From Dictyostelium discoideum (lineage: Eukaryota), in contig CM000155.2 of the NCBI GenBank assembly GCA_000004695.1, positions 1,152,001 through 1,216,000 on the forward strand: 64,000 nt of DNA. The letters run 5' to 3'. Below the pieces are notes generated by a model that did no database searches, was not told where the DNA came from, and saw only the letters and a list, made by a program, of their open reading frames with translations. A program made the translations under genes and the position numbers. Below, in pieces: positions 38,069 through 54,886 of this stretch; the stretch's first letter is position 1; the number at the start of each line of letters is the position of its first letter.

Positions 38069-39163
38069 ATGACTTCAATTAAAAATAATAATGAAAATAA
38101 ACATATTGTAGTATACAGAAAGATTCATCAAAGTTTAATTGAAAAACTTGAAAATCAAGGCTACAAAGTGACACAATTCGAACCAATAAATAGTAATAAT
38201 ATTCAAGAATTTTATGAAGCAATAAAGACAGCTAACGGTTTAATTGGATCAGTATTTAAAATTGATGAAAATGTATTATCAAAAGCACCATTTTTAGAAT
38301 GTGTTTCAGCAATTTCAGTGGGATATGATAATTATGATTTGGTAGTATTAAATGATAGAAAAATACCATTAATGCATACACCAAATGTGTTGAATGACTC
38401 CATGGCTGATATTATGATGGGTTTAATGATAACAGTTGCCAGAAAATTAGCATACTGCGACAAACGTATGCGTAATGGTGAATGGAATGGACCATTGGAT
38501 AAAAGTTGGTTTGGATTAGAAGTTCATCATAAAAAAGTGGGTATTATCGGTATGGGTAGAATTGGTGAAGTTTTGGCCAAACGTTGCAGAATGGGCTTCG
38601 ACATGGAAGTGGCCTACTATTCTCGTAGTAGACATTTAAAAGTTGAAGAACTTTATGATGCAAAACACCAAGATTTAGATACAATCCTTTCAACAAGTGA
38701 TTTCATTTGTGTAGTTTTACCAGGATCACAAGAAACTAAACATTTCTTTAGTTTTGGCCAATTTTCAAAAATGAAAAACTCTGCAATTTTCATTAATGCT
38801 GGTAGAGGTATGACAGTTGATGAAGTTGCATTAATAGATGCTTTAGAAACTGGTAAAATCGCTGGTGCAGGTTTAGATGTTTTTGAAAAAGAACCATTAA
38901 ACAAAGATTCAAAACTATTAACATTAGATAATATAGTATTATTACCACATATTGGTACAAGGTAATTATTTTATTTTTTTTATTTCTTTTTAATTAATTT
39001 TATAATAAATTTTATAATATATTAACTTTTTTTTTTTTTTTTTTTAAATAGTACAATTGAAACCCAACACATAATGTCAGAATGTGCTGTCAATAATTTA
39101 ATTTCTGCACTTAATGGTAATTTAGAAAAGAATTGTGTAAATGCATCAATAATTAAAAAATAA
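38069..39163 (+). CDS. D-isomer-specific 2-hydroxyacid dehydrogenase family (glyoxylate/hydroxypyruvate reductase-like). Two exons: 38069..38961 and 39052..39163 (~334 aa).
   Basis: NAD-binding GIIGMGRIGEVLAKR. Catalytic-domain motifs FINAGRGMTVDEVALIDAL, GLDVFEKEP, and LLPHIGT|STIETQ across the phase-2 junction (donor AG|GTAATT at 38962, acceptor aaatAG at 39050-39051). Confidence 0.85.
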
Positions 39164-39355
39164 AAAATAAAAAATATCTAAAATATCATATTTATATTTT
39201 TAATTTTCAAATAATCGGATGTTCTGTTTTTTATTTTTTATTTTTTTTTTTTTTTTACAAGAATGAAATTTTTTTTTTTTTTTCACCTTTTTTTATTTTT
39301 ATTTTTTTAATTTTCATTTGCAGCAAACACACAAATAAAAAAAAAAAAAAGTAAA

Positions 39356-40342
39356 ATGTCAAACAAAAATAAAAAAATAGTTCAAGGTGAAGAGGATGAA
39401 GAAGAGGATGATTTATATGATGACTATGATGATAAACCAAAAACAACTACAACTACTACAACATCAACATCAATGAATAAAAGTGATAGTAATATAAGTT
39501 TAAATAAAGAAATGTTAATAAATGATCACCCAGAAGATTTAATTGTTGGTGCAAATTCACCATTAAATGTTTCTGTAACAACTACACCAATAGAGAATAT
39601 CAATGAAAATCCATCACCTGTTAATTTAGATGAACAAACACAACAAACACAACCACAACAAAACCCAATATCACCAATCACACCATTATCATCATCATCA
39701 CCATCATCATCAACCACAACTACAACTATAACAAATTCTGCGGTATCTCCATCAAATATATTAATCACTCCAACTCAATCACCAATTGAAATAAAACCTA
39801 TAATAGAAACACAACAACCATTGCCATCACCACCACAACAAGGACCTTCTCCAATTATATTACAACATCAACAACAACAACAACCATTGCAATCACAATA
39901 CATAACACCACCAATACCACAACCACAATATCAACCAATAGCATCACAACAATCACAACAACCACAACAAATACCAACAAGAAAACTTTCAGGTTCACAA
40001 ATGTTACCACAAAGAATACCGTAAGTATACCATTCATAACGATAATTTGGAAATTATTTATTAATAATCTTTTTTTTTTAAAAAAAAAAAAATAAAAATA
40101 ATAGATTAAGTTTAGGTGAAAATAAATTAAAAGAATTTAATGAAAATCTAAGAAAAAGTTATTGTACAAAAACTCATATGTTATATTACTCAATTAATAA
40201 AGAAGTTAGTGGCGCAAATCAACATTTAACTGGTGTAATAGATTTAATTAAAAGTGTTCAACATAATATTAGACAATATAATGATGATATTTTAACACTT
40301 GAAGAAAAATTAGAACAAACTGAATGGTCATTACAATGTTAA
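39356..40342 (+). CDS. Ser/Thr/Pro/Gln-rich protein with a short C-terminal coiled-coil; function unknown. Two exons: 39356..40020 and 40105..40342 (~300 aa).
   Basis: ATG at 39356. Donor GTAAGT at 40021 (phase 2) and acceptor aataatAG at 40103-40104. Exon 2 encodes ..GVIDLIKSVQHNIRQYNDDILTLEEKLEQTEWSLQC*. Confidence 0.45.
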
Positions 40343-40583
40343 CAAATCAATTAATAATTATAATTTGTAATAGATTATTTGTATATAACAATTTAAAAAA
40401 AAAAAAAATAAAAAAAAAAATAATAATAATAGTAATAATAATAGTAATAATAATAGTTAATCAATATATATATTTTTAAAAATTATAAAAACTATAATAA
40501 ATAATTTATTTCTTTAAAAAAAAAAATATATAAATATAAATATTATTTTTTATTTTTTATTTTTTTTTTTTTTTTTACATTTT

Positions 40584-43073
40584 TTAATCATTTCTTTTTC
40601 CGAATCTTATTGGATCATTTTTAATATTTTTAAAAGAACGTTTGGTTTCAATTTTTGAAGGTAAAAAGACACGAGTTTTCTTTTCAGGTAAACCAACACC
40701 TCTTTTGAGTGCACGTTTTCTATCGAAATCATCAAGTACTTGATGATATTGACCCTCTTTAAAATCGGTTAAATGGGGTAGATCATGAATTTCACCCTTT
40801 CTATCTACAACAATCTTTGAGATTTTTGATTCACGTGATTTTACATTTGGATTGAATTTAACACGTGGTAAACCATCTTTTGTTGGTGGTCCTTTATAAG
40901 TTTCTAAAATCTTTTTCTTTACTAATAATTCAGCAACTGCTCTCTTTTCAATTTTATTTTGATAAACTTCTTCTCTATTAAAGAATTTTGGTGGAGCTGT
41001 TTTTGGGAATTCATTTGATATATCTTTGAATTTTTCAATAGTTTCAAAATCTTCATCGCCATCTTCTAATAAGTCTTCATAAATTTCATCATCTCTTTGT
41101 TTAATTCTTTGTTGTTGATTTGGTTGATTTCTTGGAACAATGAGTGAACCTTGACCAGTTTGGTGTTTACCTTCACCCAAACCTCTCCATGGACCAGGGA
41201 TTTTTGAGAATCTACCAACTACACCAGTTGATTTTTCAATTGCTTGAATTAAATGACCTTCATCTAAGCCAACTGTACGTTCACCAACTTTAAAGATCAA
41301 TCTATCAGGTGAGACAAAAGTTAAAGAGAAACCATTCTCACCATTACGGCCAACACGACCAATTCTGTGAAGATAATCTTCTGAAACATGTGGTACATCT
41401 AAATTTACAACTGCATCCAATCCTTCAATATGTACACCACGAGTTAAAACATCTGTACAAATCAATACATTTGTTCCACCAATTGGTGATTCTTTAAATT
41501 GAGTTAGGACTTCATTTCTTTGTGCTAATGACATATCGGCATGAATTGAAAATGCATTTACATCTTTAAATGTTGATTGTAACATTTTCTTTGTATTTTC
41601 AACACGTTGTTGAGTACGTGCAAATACAAGGGTTTTCTTTTGTTTTAATGAAGTTTTACCATTTCTTCTTAAAAAGTAAATAAGTAAATGATTCTTTTGA
41701 CGATAATTAACATAGTAGAAATATTGTTTCACTGATGATGGTGCTGACATTTCCTCATTTAAATTTGCAATTAAATGATTTGGTGCGAAACGAGTTATTA
41801 AACTATCCATTCTATGAGTTAATGTTGCAGATGTCAAAACGGTTTGCATTGAGAATGGTTTAGTACGTGATCTAATTTGTGGTAAATATTGGAAAATATC
41901 TCTAATATCTGGGAAGAAGCCAAGATTAAACAATTTATCAAATTCGTCAATCACTGTCATTCTAACTTGTTGTAATGACAATTGCTCTTGGTTAAGTAAT
42001 TGATAAATTCTACCAGGTGTACCAATGATAATATCAACACCACTCTTTAAAGTTTTAACTTGTTTTGGTTCATTTACACCACCCATTAATGATAAAACTC
42101 TAATTTTACCACCTCCCTCGATTGTTGATTCCTCAATTCTAATATTCTTTATCAATTGATTAATTTCATTTGAAACTTGTGTTACCAATTCTTTACTTGG
42201 TAATAATATTAAACCAATTGGATCAATCTCATTAAATGGTTTTTTAATTTTTAATTTTCTAATTCTTTCTAATTTTTCAACTAATTCTTTATTACCCAAT
42301 TCACTTTGTTTATTTTTATAATATTCATCAAATTCTTTAAATTCATCTTCATTTTCATCATCATCTTCTTCTTCTTCTTCAAATTCTTCTTCTTCTTCTT
42401 CTTTATATTCAGCTTCTTCTAATTTTTCAAATTTTTCTTTTTTAAATTTATTATTTTTTACAATTTTCTTTTCAAATGGTTTATCACCATAATCTTCTTC
42501 ATTAAATAATTCATAATTTTCATCAAATTCATTTTCAATTTGGCCATTCTCTTTGTCTTGTTTTTGTTTTTTTAAATAATTTAATTTATTTCTTTTAAAA
42601 GTTGTTAAAATTTGTATAAAAGGTAAGAGGTAAGCACCAGTTTTACCACTACCTGTAACTGATGAGAAAACTGTATTTCTACCTTTAAATATTAATGGTA
42701 TAACTTGTTTTTGAACATCTGTTGGTTTTTCCCAATTATTCTCTTTAATTGATTCAATCAATTCATTACTTAAACCAAATTCTTTAAAATCATTCTTTAA
42801 TTTTGGTTCATGTCTTTCTGAATATGTTTTAAATATTGGTCTTTTAATCGTTCCAATTCTTTTATTATTATTATCAACTGGATTATCTTTTCTTTTGGTT
42901 CTTGTTGTTGATGTTGAGTAATTTAATGATAATATTGAATTATCATTATTTGAGGGGGGGAAAATTATACTATTATTTATACTATTCCTCAATATTAAGT
43001 TTGTTGTTGTTACTTTTGAAAAATTTTGAATATTTAATCTCTTTGATCTATTAATGAGATTTAATATATTCAT
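40584..43073 (-). CDS. ATP-dependent DEAD-box RNA helicase (829 aa, single exon). It carries a DEFD variant of motif II and a large acidic insertion, and may be mitochondrial.
   Basis: Q-motif region (PTDVQKQVIP). Motif I SVTGSGKT, Ia LPSKELV, II VIDEFDKLF, III LTSATLT, VI HRIGRVGRNG. The N-terminus is basic and hydroxylated (MNILNLINRSKRLNIQNFSKV). A ~110-aa Glu/Lys-rich insertion sits between motifs I and Ia. Confidence 0.9.
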   Translation of the reverse strand: MNILNLINRSKRLNIQNFSKVTTTNLILRNSINNSIIFPPSNNDNSILSLNYSTSTTRTKRKDNPVDNNNKRIGTIKRPIFKTYSERHEPKLKNDFKEFGLSNELIESIKENNWEKPTDVQKQVIPLIFKGRNTVFSSVTGSGKTGAYLLPFIQILTTFKRNKLNYLKKQKQDKENGQIENEFDENYELFNEEDYGDKPFEKKIVKNNKFKKEKFEKLEEAEYKEEEEEEFEEEEEDDDENEDEFKEFDEYYKNKQSELGNKELVEKLERIRKLKIKKPFNEIDPIGLILLPSKELVTQVSNEINQLIKNIRIEESTIEGGGKIRVLSLMGGVNEPKQVKTLKSGVDIIIGTPGRIYQLLNQEQLSLQQVRMTVIDEFDKLFNLGFFPDIRDIFQYLPQIRSRTKPFSMQTVLTSATLTHRMDSLITRFAPNHLIANLNEEMSAPSSVKQYFYYVNYRQKNHLLIYFLRRNGKTSLKQKKTLVFARTQQRVENTKKMLQSTFKDVNAFSIHADMSLAQRNEVLTQFKESPIGGTNVLICTDVLTRGVHIEGLDAVVNLDVPHVSEDYLHRIGRVGRNGENGFSLTFVSPDRLIFKVGERTVGLDEGHLIQAIEKSTGVVGRFSKIPGPWRGLGEGKHQTGQGSLIVPRNQPNQQQRIKQRDDEIYEDLLEDGDEDFETIEKFKDISNEFPKTAPPKFFNREEVYQNKIEKRAVAELLVKKKILETYKGPPTKDGLPRVKFNPNVKSRESKISKIVVDRKGEIHDLPHLTDFKEGQYHQVLDDFDRKRALKRGVGLPEKKTRVFLPSKIETKRSFKNIKNDPIRFGKRND

Positions 43074-44688
43074 TTTTTTTTTTTTTTTTTTTTTTTTTTT
43101 GGATATTAAAAATAAATAAAAAAAAAAAGTAAAAAAATTAATAAATTAAAAAAACGAAAAATTGACTTTTTAAAAAAACGAAAAAAAAAAATAAAAAAAT
43201 GATTTCAAAAAACGAAAAAATAATTTTAATAACTCCAATTACTTTTAAATTAAAATTTAAAAATGCTTATAATAATATTAATAATAATAATCCATTTGTT
43301 TCTGGCTTTTTCCTGTTTTTTTTTTTTTTTTTATTATTTTTGTTATTTATTTATTTTTTATTTTTAATTTTTATCTTTTTCCAAAAAATAAAAAATAAAA
43401 AAGATATTTTGAAAAAATATTAATTTTCGTAAGAAATCTGAAAGGAAAAAATAAAAAAATAAAAAATGAAAAAACAACTTAAATACTTTCACTCAACTTT
43501 TAAAATTTAATATAGTTTCATTTAATTTTTGTCCAAACTATCTCTTATAGTTTTTTTATGTATCTCTTCATTTTATGCAAATAAAAAAAAATAAATATAA
43601 AAATAAAAAAGTGACTGTTCAAATTTTAAAAGATTTTTATTATTTTAAAATTTAGTTTATTTACATAATTTCCTTTGTAAATATTAAAATTACTTGTTTT
43701 AATTTGTTCCATTTCACTAATCCATTTGATTGCCAAATAAAAAACACCAATTTTTTTTTGGATTGGCTTTAATTTGATATCAAATTTTTTATTTTTTTAT
43801 TTTTTTTTATTCTTTTTTTTTTTTTTATATTCAAGAATTTGTGAGATTTGTTACCTTTAAATGAAGTAAATAAAATTTTTTTTTAATTTTATTTTAATTT
43901 TTTTATTTTTTATTTTAAGACCACCATTATTTCGAAATTATTTTAGTATGGGTCCCTCGATATTCAATGAAAATTAGTAAACGTTATTTAAATTTTAAAA
44001 ACGTTATTAAAATTTTGGATTAAAAAAAAAAAATAAAAATAAAAAAAATTAAAAATTTTCTCCCACATATAACCACACAATAATATTGGTAATCAATTAT
44101 TATTTGTTTTACTATGAAAAATATATTCAAAAACGAAAAGACACCACCAATCTTTACACACTAATTAAAATTTTCATATAAAAAGCCTTAAGATTTGGAT
44201 ATTTCGAAATATTTTGATTTTTTTTTTCATTTTTTTTTTAATGGCGGCATGGTGTTGATTTTTCTGATTTTTTATTTTTGTTATTTTTTTATTTTTTTAA
44301 ATTATTTTTTTTTTTTTTTAATTTTTTTTTCAACCAACTTTTTCTATTGTTTTTTTTCATATTTACATCACATCTACCTCAATAGTTTTTTTTAAAATAA
44401 AAAAAAAAAAAGAAAAAAAAAAAAAACATTTTTTTTTTATTTTTTTTTATTTTTTTTTTTATTTTTATTTTTTACTCTCAACCCAAACGATAGGTTATAA
44501 TAATATATATATATTTATTTAAATATAATATCCCTATTATAACTTTAAAGAAATCGGTTTTTTTTTTTTTTTTTTTTTATATAAAACTTTTCTCTTTTTT
44601 TTTTAATTTTTTTTTTTTTTTTTTTTTTTTTTTTCATTCAAAAATAAAAAATAATTAAAATATCTAATTATTATTATTTTCCGATTTA

Positions 44689-44725
<37 letters not shown>

Positions 44726-44811
44726 AAAAAAAAAAAAAGAAAAGAAAAAAAAAAAAAAAAAAAAAAGAAAGAAAAAAAAAAAACAAAATTAAAATAAATA
44801 AATAATCACAA

Positions 44812-48751
<3,940 letters not shown>

Positions 48752-49166
48752 AAATTAACCTGTACCATAAAAATAAATAAAAAATAAAAAAAAAAAAATA
48801 AAAAAAAAAATAATAATCACAATAATAATAATAATAACTTGTAAAATTACTGATATATCACCCCCATAACACCCACTTCTCATAATTTTTTTTATATAAT
48901 AATCATTTATATCTATATCAAATTCAAATAAATAAAAATAAAAAAATAAAAAATAACCCCAGAAACGTCTTTTTTGTAAATTGGATTTTAAAATTTATTG
49001 ATCGGTTATTTTTGTTTTTGTTTTATTTTGGTTTTATTTTTATTTTTATTTATTTATTATTATATTTTTTTTTTTTTTTTTTTTTTTGTAATCAAACATT
49101 TTTTTTAGTTTTTTTATTTATTTTTTAATTAATAACACAATAAACAAACAGTTTATAAACTAAAAA

Positions 49167-49402
49167 ATGAGTGAAGGAGCTAATAAACAAAAAATTTTTA
49201 TTTCATTAGATGGGTTTGTTATTATTAAAAATAAAAAAAAAAAAAAAAAAAAAGTAAATTTAAATTCTAATTTATTTTAAATTTATAAAGCGGAGGTACT
49301 CGTGGATTAATGACAATCCAAATTTTAAGTCATTTAGAAAAAGAATTGGGAAGAAATATTGGAGGTAAAATGATTTATTTTTTTTTTTAATTTTAAATTA
49401 TA

Positions 49403-49439
<37 letters not shown>

Positions 49440-50325
49440 TTTATGTGATATTATTGCAGGTACAAGTGCTGGTGGTATAATATCATTTTGTAAAATGAAT
49501 GGTATTGATAATGAATTAATTAATGAACTTTATAAATGTGTTGGTAAAAAAGTTACAAAATTTAATTGTTCAAATTTTACAGAATCTCAATCAATTGCAA
49601 ATACAAATTTATTAATTGAAGAATTATCAAAACTTTTTTCAGGAAATATTAAAGATTTTGCAAAACATAGAAAAGGTTTTGTTTTAACATGTCTTTCACC
49701 AACATTATTACCAATTGATTATAGAGCTTATATGATTTCAAATTATGATAATGATAATCGGTTCTATATGGAGCCAAAGAAAATGTTAGATATTTCAGTG
49801 GTCGATTCAATTCGTGCCACTAGTGGAATTCCTTTACTATTCAATGTACCAAGATATCAAGGTAAAAACTTTTTAGATGGTGGTTATTTAAATAATAATC
49901 CAACACCAATACTTTATCAAGAGGCAATTTCATTATTTGGTGGTGAGAATTCAAAAGATTTCATATTCATTTCCATTGGTACTGGTAGAAAACCAACAAC
50001 AAATTTTTCAAGTAAATTGATTGCTGGTGCAAAATTACCATTTAAATATTCAAATACAATTGTTAATAATCTGACTGGTATTGAATTGGATTCACCAATT
50101 CATAGAATTGTAAATTTCATGACTTCATCTGGTGAAGAATCTCATTTACAATTTAAAAATGCTCATCCAGATTTATCATATTTCAGATTTGATACATATA
50201 TCGATAAAGATATTGCTGTTAATGATGCCTCGGACGAGACTATTGAATATATGAAAAAATCAACAAATGATTATTTAAATTCTGATGAATGTAAAAAATT
50301 AATTTCAGATTTAAAAAAATTAATA

Positions 50326-50362
<37 letters not shown>

Positions 50363-50370
50363 TATTTTAA
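49167..50370 (+). CDS. Patatin-like phospholipase domain protein. Three exons: 49167..49213, 49291..49364, 49439..50370 (~350 aa).
   Basis: Oxyanion region IFISLDGGGTRG, assembled across the first intron. Nucleophile GTSAGG (G-x-S-x-G). Catalytic Asp in FLDGGYLNNNP. Junction phases are 2 and 1 with GT..AG. The poly-K tail comes from a terminal A-tract. Confidence 0.75.
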
Positions 50371-51165
50371 ATTTAAAGAAATATGGCAAATTGGTTTATT
50401 TTTAGAATTTAAAAAAAAAAAATAAAAAAAAAAGAACAATTTAAAAAATATTTTTATTTTTTTTTATTTTTTTTTTATTTTTATGGCCATAAAAGAACAA
50501 TTCAAAAATATTTTTTTTTTTTTTTTTTTTTCCATTTTTTTTAATCTATTTTTAACTATAAAATTTAATTAACCAATCGTGAACTCTATAACAAAAAAAT
50601 ATTTTTTTTTTTTTTTTTTTTTTTTTTTATTGGTACTTTGGATTTTATTTTATTTTTTTTTATTTTATTTTTTTTTTTATAAAAATGATATTTTTGGAGG
50701 TGGCTTTGATATAGATCTATGTGCAAATTTCATAAAAATAAAAAAAAAAAATTAATTTTTTAAATTTCCCATTCACAAAATTTTATTTTTTTATTTTTTA
50801 TTTTTTTTTTTTTTTTTAATTTAATTTTTCATACCCACCAATTATTTCAAATTCTACCAAAATTTGGGGTGATTTATTTTACTTATTTGTTTAATACATT
50901 ATTAAAACTGCATACCATTTTTTTTTATCATCTAATATAAAAAAAAAAAAAAAAATTAACTAGATAAAACTAAAACGGTATACCATTTTTATCATCTAAT
51001 ATAAAAAAAAAAAAAAAAAAAGTTTTAACTTTTTTCTAACCAACTTTTTTTTTTTTAAAAAATTATTTGATTAATTTTTAAATCCCATCAAAATAAAAAT
51101 AAAATAAAAAAAATAAAAAAAATAATCTCTTTAAAAAAAATTCTTTTTTTTTAAAAGTCAAATAG

Positions 51166-51242
<77 letters not shown>

Positions 51243-51260
51243 AATAAATAATAATTTAAA

Positions 51261-52462
51261 ATGGATAGTTTTAACCCAGCATTACCATCAATCGTTGAAT
51301 CATTAGATGATATTTATAAAAATTTTGAAAATAATAAGAAAAGATATGAAGAATTAAATGAAACATTTTCAAAAATTTATAATGGTGATAAACCAATATT
51401 TTATTTTAGAGCACCTGGTAGAGTTAATTTAATTGGTGAACATGTTGATTATAGTGGTTATTGTGTATTAGTAAGTATAAATTAAAAAAAAAAAAAATAT
51501 TAATTTTTTTGAAATATTAATTTTTTTTTTTTAAAAAATAGCCATTTGCATTAGAACAAGATACAATAGTTGCAGTTTCATTTAATAAATTAAATAATGA
51601 TATTATAAATATACATAATTGTAATGAAAAATATACACCAAAATCAATTGATGTTAGTGGTGGTGGTGATATTGAGATTGATATGAAGAGACATCATTGG
51701 ACAAATTATGTATTGGCAGCATGGAAGGGTGTTTCACAGGCGATGGAGAAAGGTGGCAAATTGAAATCGGTTAATTTATTATACAGTGGTAATGTGCCAA
51801 TGGGGGCAGGTGTGTCGAGTTCAAGTGCGTTAGTTTGTGTATCAACATTGGCAATCTCCTATTGCAATAATTTAATATTGAATAAGGAAGAGTTGGCCCA
51901 ACTTTCAATAAAGAGTGAAAGATATGTCGGTGTCGAGAGTGGGGGTATGGACCAAAGCATTTCGTTCCTCGCCGAGCAGAACACTGCCAAATTAATTGAA
52001 TTCCATCCAAGCTTAAAGACATTTGATGTACAATTGCCAAAAGGTGTTTCATTTGTAATTTGTAATAGTTTAGTTGACTCGTTGAAAGTGGTGACCGGCG
52101 CAACTAACTACAATTTACGTGTGGTTGAATGCAGATTGGCTGCGGTGTTATTAGCATTCCATTGCGGTCTCTCGTGGGAAAAAGTCAGACGTTTGAGAGA
52201 TGTCCAATATCAAGGTAACTTTGACCTTCCTCAATTAATTCAATTAACTGAGCAACACCTCTCAGAGAAACAAACCTACACTCGTGAAGAAGTTGCAACA
52301 ATATTAGATATCTCTGTTGAACAATTAGTTAAAACTTATTTCCCATCAGGTATAACTGTTCAATCTGAACATTTTGAACTTTATAAACGTGCTAGACATG
52401 TTTTCACTGAAACTCAACGTGTTTATAAATTTAGTGAAATTTGTAAACAACAATCAAATTTC

Positions 52463-52493
<31 letters not shown>

Positions 52494-52837
52494 GTAGTAA
52501 TAATACAAATATTATACAAGAATTAGGTAAACTTATGAATGAAAGTCATGAAAGTTGTTCAAAATTATTTGAATGTTCATGTTCAGAATTAGATAGTTTA
52601 ACAAAGATTTGCCGTGAAAATGGTGCTTTAGGTTCACGTTTAACTGGTGCTGGTTGGGGTGGTTGTGTTATCTCATTAGTTCCGAATTCAAAAGTTGACT
52701 CTTTCTTGGACGCAATTGATACTCATTATTATTCAAAATTTGTAAATCCTGAAAAATTAAAAAATATTGAAAAATCATCTTATTCTTTCTTTACAACTCC
52801 ATGTAAAGGTGCTTGTATAGTTTCTTCAACTGTTTAA
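51261..52837 (+). CDS. galK: Galactokinase (GHMP kinase family). Two exons: 51261..51470 and 51542..52837 (~501 aa).
   Basis: Galactokinase signature [14 protein letters not shown] in exon 1. GHMP ATP loop [11 protein letters not shown] in exon 2. Phase-0 intron (GTAAGT at 51471, aaaatAG at 51540-51541). C-terminal GAGWGGC motif. Confidence 0.85.
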
Positions 52838-52928
52838 ATTCAAAAAAAAAATATAAAAAAAAATAAAAAAAAAAAAATAAATAAATATCAAATACCTATT
52901 TTTAGAAATAAAAACAAATTAATTAAAA

Positions 52929-53072
<144 letters not shown>

Positions 53073-53232
53073 AAAAAAAAGGAAAAAAATAAAAAATCTT
53101 TTTAAAATTAAATAATAATAAAATTATATTTAGGAATTAACAAAATTGGAGAATCTTTGCAACAGAGTCTTGAAATTGATTTTTTTGAATTTTTTTGATT
53201 TTTTTTTTTTTTGATTTTTTTTTATTATTTTA

Positions 53233-53275
<43 letters not shown>

Positions 53276-54605
53276 TAATTTTTTTTTTTTTTTATTTTTT
53301 TTTTTTTTTTTTTGGTTGACCTTAGTATTAATTTTCATATAAAAAAATTTTCCTCTTTGTCCATCACTCTTCGTATTAATAAATTATTTTTTTTTTTTTC
53401 TTTTTTTCAAAAAAAATATAAAAGCCAAATTCAAAAATTGGAAGTTTGTTATTAAAATAAAAAAAAAAAAATTTAAAAAAAAAAAAAAAAAGGAGAATTT
53501 AAAAAAGAAAAGAAAAGGAAAAAAATAAAAAAAACGGGTTTGGTGTTTCGAATTTTGTTTATATAACTATAAAATAATAAATAATTAAACATTGGTAAGT
53601 GGAATTAAAAAAAAAGAAATCGAATTCCAAAACTCCCAATATTGTTTCATAATTTGGTCAACCACTCCCCCAAATGTTGATAATCTTGTTATTCACATCA
53701 AAAAAAAATAAAAAAATAAAAATCAAAAAAATAAAAAAATAAAAAAAAAAAAAAAAAAAAAAAAATCACATCAAAAAAAAAAAAAAAAAAACAATAATAA
53801 TAAAAATATTTGGTATGTCATTAAAATTGGATAGCGTGAGTGACCCAAATATAAATTCTCCATCTCTTGTATATTTATATTAGTTTTCATATATATATAT
53901 ATATTTTTTTTTTTTGTGGGGGTGGTTGCATTTTTTTTTTTTTTTTTTTTTTCTTCCATTTTGATTTTGTATTTTATTCTTTTTATTTTTTTTTTCTCTT
54001 TTTCTTATTTCTATAAAATTCCGTCTTGTGTAAAATTTGATCAAAATATAACCAAAGTAAAAAAAAAAAAAAAAATAATGATAATACAAATAAAAAATAT
54101 AAACAAAGTAAAAAAAAAAAAATAATGATAATACAAATAAAAAAAAAAATAAAAATAAAAATAAAAGAATATTTCAAACACTACTCCACCACACATAAAA
54201 CAGACACACATGCACAGCACGGTTTCAACAAATATTGCCTAAAATAAATATTTTAAAAAAAAAAAAAAAAAAAAACAATAAAAATAATAATAATAATAAA
54301 AATTGTGTAACACAACTAAACTTCAACATAATAACCTTTATTTTTTTCATTTTTTTATTTTTTATTTTATTTATTATTAATAATAAATATTTATTTTTAA
54401 GTAATATAAATAGGTATTCATTCTCAAATTGAGATAACAATTTGTAACAACAGAAACAACAGGTAATAGTTTGTAGTAGTAGTAGTAGTAGTAGAAGGCA
54501 ATATTAAAAAAAGATTTGAATAAGTTTATTTTATTTTTTTCTTTCAAGAAAATAAAGAAATAAATAAATAAATAGAAAAGTAAAAAAAAAAGAAAAGAAA
54601 AGAAA

Positions 54606-54801
54606 ATGTTTAAGTGGCACCAAAGTAATAATTTGGTTTACGTTACATTTAACATTCCAGCAAATGTTACAAAACAAGATATTCATGCTGAAATTACAAG
54701 TTCATCAATTGGATTAGGTGTTAAAGGTTTTGGTTTAAATTGTGAAGTATGTATCTTGTTTATTGATTTTTATTTTTAGGATGATAATAATAATAATAAT
54801 A

Positions 54802-54886
<85 letters not shown>

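Noticed and set aside
38653-38904. 83-aa minus-strand ORF.
   Set aside because: It is fully contained, antisense, in the well-supported dehydrogenase exon.
53771-54440. Several 60-70-aa ORFs rich in K or F.
   Set aside because: They are translations of poly-A/poly-T intergenic tracts between galK and the SH3 gene.
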